Source: Amphiscolops sp. MND2022 (taxonomy: Eukaryota). From it: DNA of 64,000 nt. The stretch spans positions 41,170,001-41,234,000 of the forward strand of contig OZ076409.1 in NCBI GenBank assembly GCA_964187785.1. The letters run 5' to 3'. Each line of letters opens with the position of its first letter. Within the stretch, counting starts at the first letter, position 1. The translations under genes were made by a program, and so were the position numbers. The notes beneath the pieces were generated by a model. That model ran no database searches. It saw nothing but the letters and a program-made list of their open reading frames with translations, and had not been told where the DNA came from. Of this stretch, positions 61,346-64,000 are shown piece by piece.

Positions 61346-62614
61346 GTAAGACCGAGATTAAGTGGATTTTTTAACGATGATTAAGTTTTCCCCAAACCCG
61401 TGGTATTTGTTCTCTCGTTTGCTTGTATACGTCATAATTGTTATTCACTAATTGCAACAATATATTCCAAACGTTCCCAAGTTTTGGCAGGAGATGGTCA
61501 AGGGAATCAAATGAATCATAGTTGCATTGTTCGAAAAAAGCAGAAGTTCAAAGGTCAGATCTACCATGGCCTACTCGAGTGGGATCTTCACCATAAATCC
61601 CCCACCCTATAAATTTAATACCCCTTTTAATTATTCATTATGTCATTCTGTGACTAAAAACTATGAAATAATCCAGATATATTGGTTGGGGGGATAATTT
61701 CAGGTCAGTCATCTAACTGATTTTGGAATTTCAGATGATCAAACTTCAATCGATTAACTATGCCTACTGATGGCGTAATTACGCTGTGCAAAATAAGGGT
61801 ATCGACAAAGACTCCGTCCTCAATTTCGGACAAACATGTTTTTACCGCCAACAGCTGATTTATTACCAAATGCGGAGTCACACAGATGTGTTTTTGTCGA
61901 AAATATGGTAAAAATCTCGTAAAACGTGAAAAAAGAGACAAATATCAAAAGCATGTTAATCGCTACATCAAACCCCAAAGCAATATTTCACCAAGTATTT
62001 TAGCAATTTCACAACAATGTACGCAAATTGTTCATATTATAGACCAATGGAGAGATTTGTTAAGAAAGTTGAATTGAAACTGTATCGTAATAAAATAAAG
62101 GTAAGTGTATCGTAATTCAACGTAATCGTATTGCATGCTAGCACACTTCATGGTAACACTGAAGAGTGTTGTCTTTTCAGGCAGGTACTAGTAAATATGT
62201 CTAGCCGAGGCTGACCTTTTCTCCTCAACAATTCACCACTTGAAACTCTCCTCATAACCTCATTGGCGGAGACCTCAAAAACTCTTAGATAAAATCTGAA
62301 AATTAAAATTTTTTAGTATGGAAAAGGATTATAACACATCAAAAGATTAAAAAAAAGAAATTCACTGAAACTAAAGAACAGAAAATAATTTATTTTGTCA
62401 AAAACCCTCATTGAAACTGCACATCATGACATCAGCGATGGGCGACATCTGGGTACACTCTGGCAGAGATGATTCTCACTGTTGTGTGAATGGCTGTCGT
62501 GTCCCCGCTCATGTTCCACACATGTTCTCCAGACTAGGATGGGGCTTTTTTGGATGTTGATATAATGGAAAAGCAGTAATAGTATCTGAATTGCTTTTGT
62601 GGAGTCTGTGCGAC

Positions 62615-62817
62615 TCTGTACAGTTCTGTACATATTCGCACAGAAACTGTTTTCCAAAACGTCAATCAGGAGGCTTGTTTATCTTGTAGAGCCCTTTTCA
62701 TCACCTAATTTGATTTTCAAAGCAGTATTGACGACTTGTTAATTTTCGATAAATCCTGGCACATCTGTCAGGATCTGTAAAGATCTGTACAGATTCGCAG
62801 GGAGGGCTCAACATGGG
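62615..62817 (-). mobile_element. Partial inverted copy of the 28906-29720 element
   Basis: gatctgtacagattcgcagggagggctcaacatggg is the diverged reverse complement of the 28906 left end. Confidence 0.8.
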
Positions 62818-63323
62818 ATGTCATCAAAAAGTATGCCCAAATAAATAAGCAATTACTGATGACAAAAATACCGTGAAATTTTTCTGATGGGAAAGTTCCA
62901 CAAAAGGTTTAGCGCTTAATGTCACGCCGCAAGCTGTTTCAGTTGCATTTTGTATTCATCTAAAAGACTATGACGGCGAGCGGGAATAACGCCTAATTAA
63001 TCACATCTATTTGCTAAACGGGAATAACGTCCAAAGTCATGCCAATTTCCTATCTTAAAACATCGAATTTTAGACGTTATCCCGAAACACTTTTAGACGC
63101 TATTCACACCCCTAGCCCCTAGACAATGAATAGTACTCTTGAATTCTGAGAGCCAATTTGAGATACGACTCTCTTGGTAAAAAGCTGCATTTGAAACTTT
63201 TTTGTTTTCCAAAATTTCTTGTTTCAATTTGTACTATTGACAGGTTTTGACAGGTTTCGATTGTGTATTCAAGGTCCTACAAAACTTCCTCGTAGAATCA
63301 AATTCCACAATTTCGTGTTTCAG

Positions 63324-63440
63324 GATGTTATGCAGCGTCTTGTGAACAGATACATACATGAGTACAAAGCAGTCCAAGAAACAAAAAGGTGTGAATGAAG
63401 ACGACTTGAATGAAATTAAAATGGACATCTCCAGTCTCAG
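63324..63440 (+). CDS. TRPC: TRPC exon 14 (rib helix / coiled coil) with a 1-nt frameshift
   Basis: DVMQRLVNRYIHEY is in one frame and GVNEDDLNEIKMDISSLR is in the +1 frame. Confidence 0.88.
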
Positions 63441-64000
63441 GTTTCCATCATTGCTTCATTCATATTTTATGACTATCAAACCAAATACATTTTTTCTCTT
63501 CTTCCGCATTCAGGAATTTTCCCAGTGGAAACTTTGAACGATAATGGTAATAGCGTATGATTTAGATAGCTGCGTTTTCTTATATTCTATTCAACTTTTT
63601 TGGTTTTTCCACCTATATAAATATATTTGTTTCAATCAGTGGTTAACCACACCTCTTTATAATTGATCTTTTCTTTATTTTTGTAGAAATTTTAATATTG
63701 TTACTATTATTGATCATCATTGATTCATGATTCATCAAACTCTATTCGGGTGTTTTCAAAAGTTTTCTTCCTATTGATATTTTTTTTTCAAAAAAGCAAT
63801 TTTACCCAACTCTTTAAAAAAATCTTGGTCAGCATGCGTTCCGGCACTATTTCTGTACCGGAACTTAGTAGAGATCATGACGGATGAATCGTACAACACA
63901 TAGGGCCTCATCTAAGGAAAATTCAGTCAGTGAACAAAAAGCATATGAGCTAGAGTCAAGTTCGCAATTCCGAAATGACATTTTCGGTCTGTTTTTTTCC

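Overview
AT-rich, intron- and repeat-rich animal genomic DNA with two main parts. (1) Bases 1-~15.8 kb hold a very large (>15.8 kb, runs off the left edge) minus-strand Ty3/Gypsy LTR retrotransposon with a few frameshifts and stops. Its order is putative 5' LTR, tRNA-Arg-like PBS, ~2.7 kb leader, then gag(2xCCHC)-[pseudo-protease]-protease-[dUTPase-like fold]-RT-RNaseH-integrase. Pol extends into an AT-hook, a Cys cluster and two tandem TARG1/OARD1-like macrodomains. A separate long ORF in the env position has a splice-acceptor-like signal and a degenerate SGNH-hydrolase-like domain; its C-terminal part is absent from the ORF track. (2) From ~26.6 kb to the end lies a plus-strand TRPC cation-channel gene. 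14 coding exons were reconstructed with consistent splice phases, and the last visible exon carries a 1-nt frameshift. The introns and the intergenic region contain a decayed Gypsy element (219-bp LTRs, CTGAC TSD), several TIR/MITE elements (CCC-ended with 2-bp TSDs; Mutator-like with a 9-bp TSD) and tandem arrays (~1.1 kb, ~172 bp, ~180 bp with a higher-order trimer). All domain assignments come from motif recognition by eye, not from database searches.
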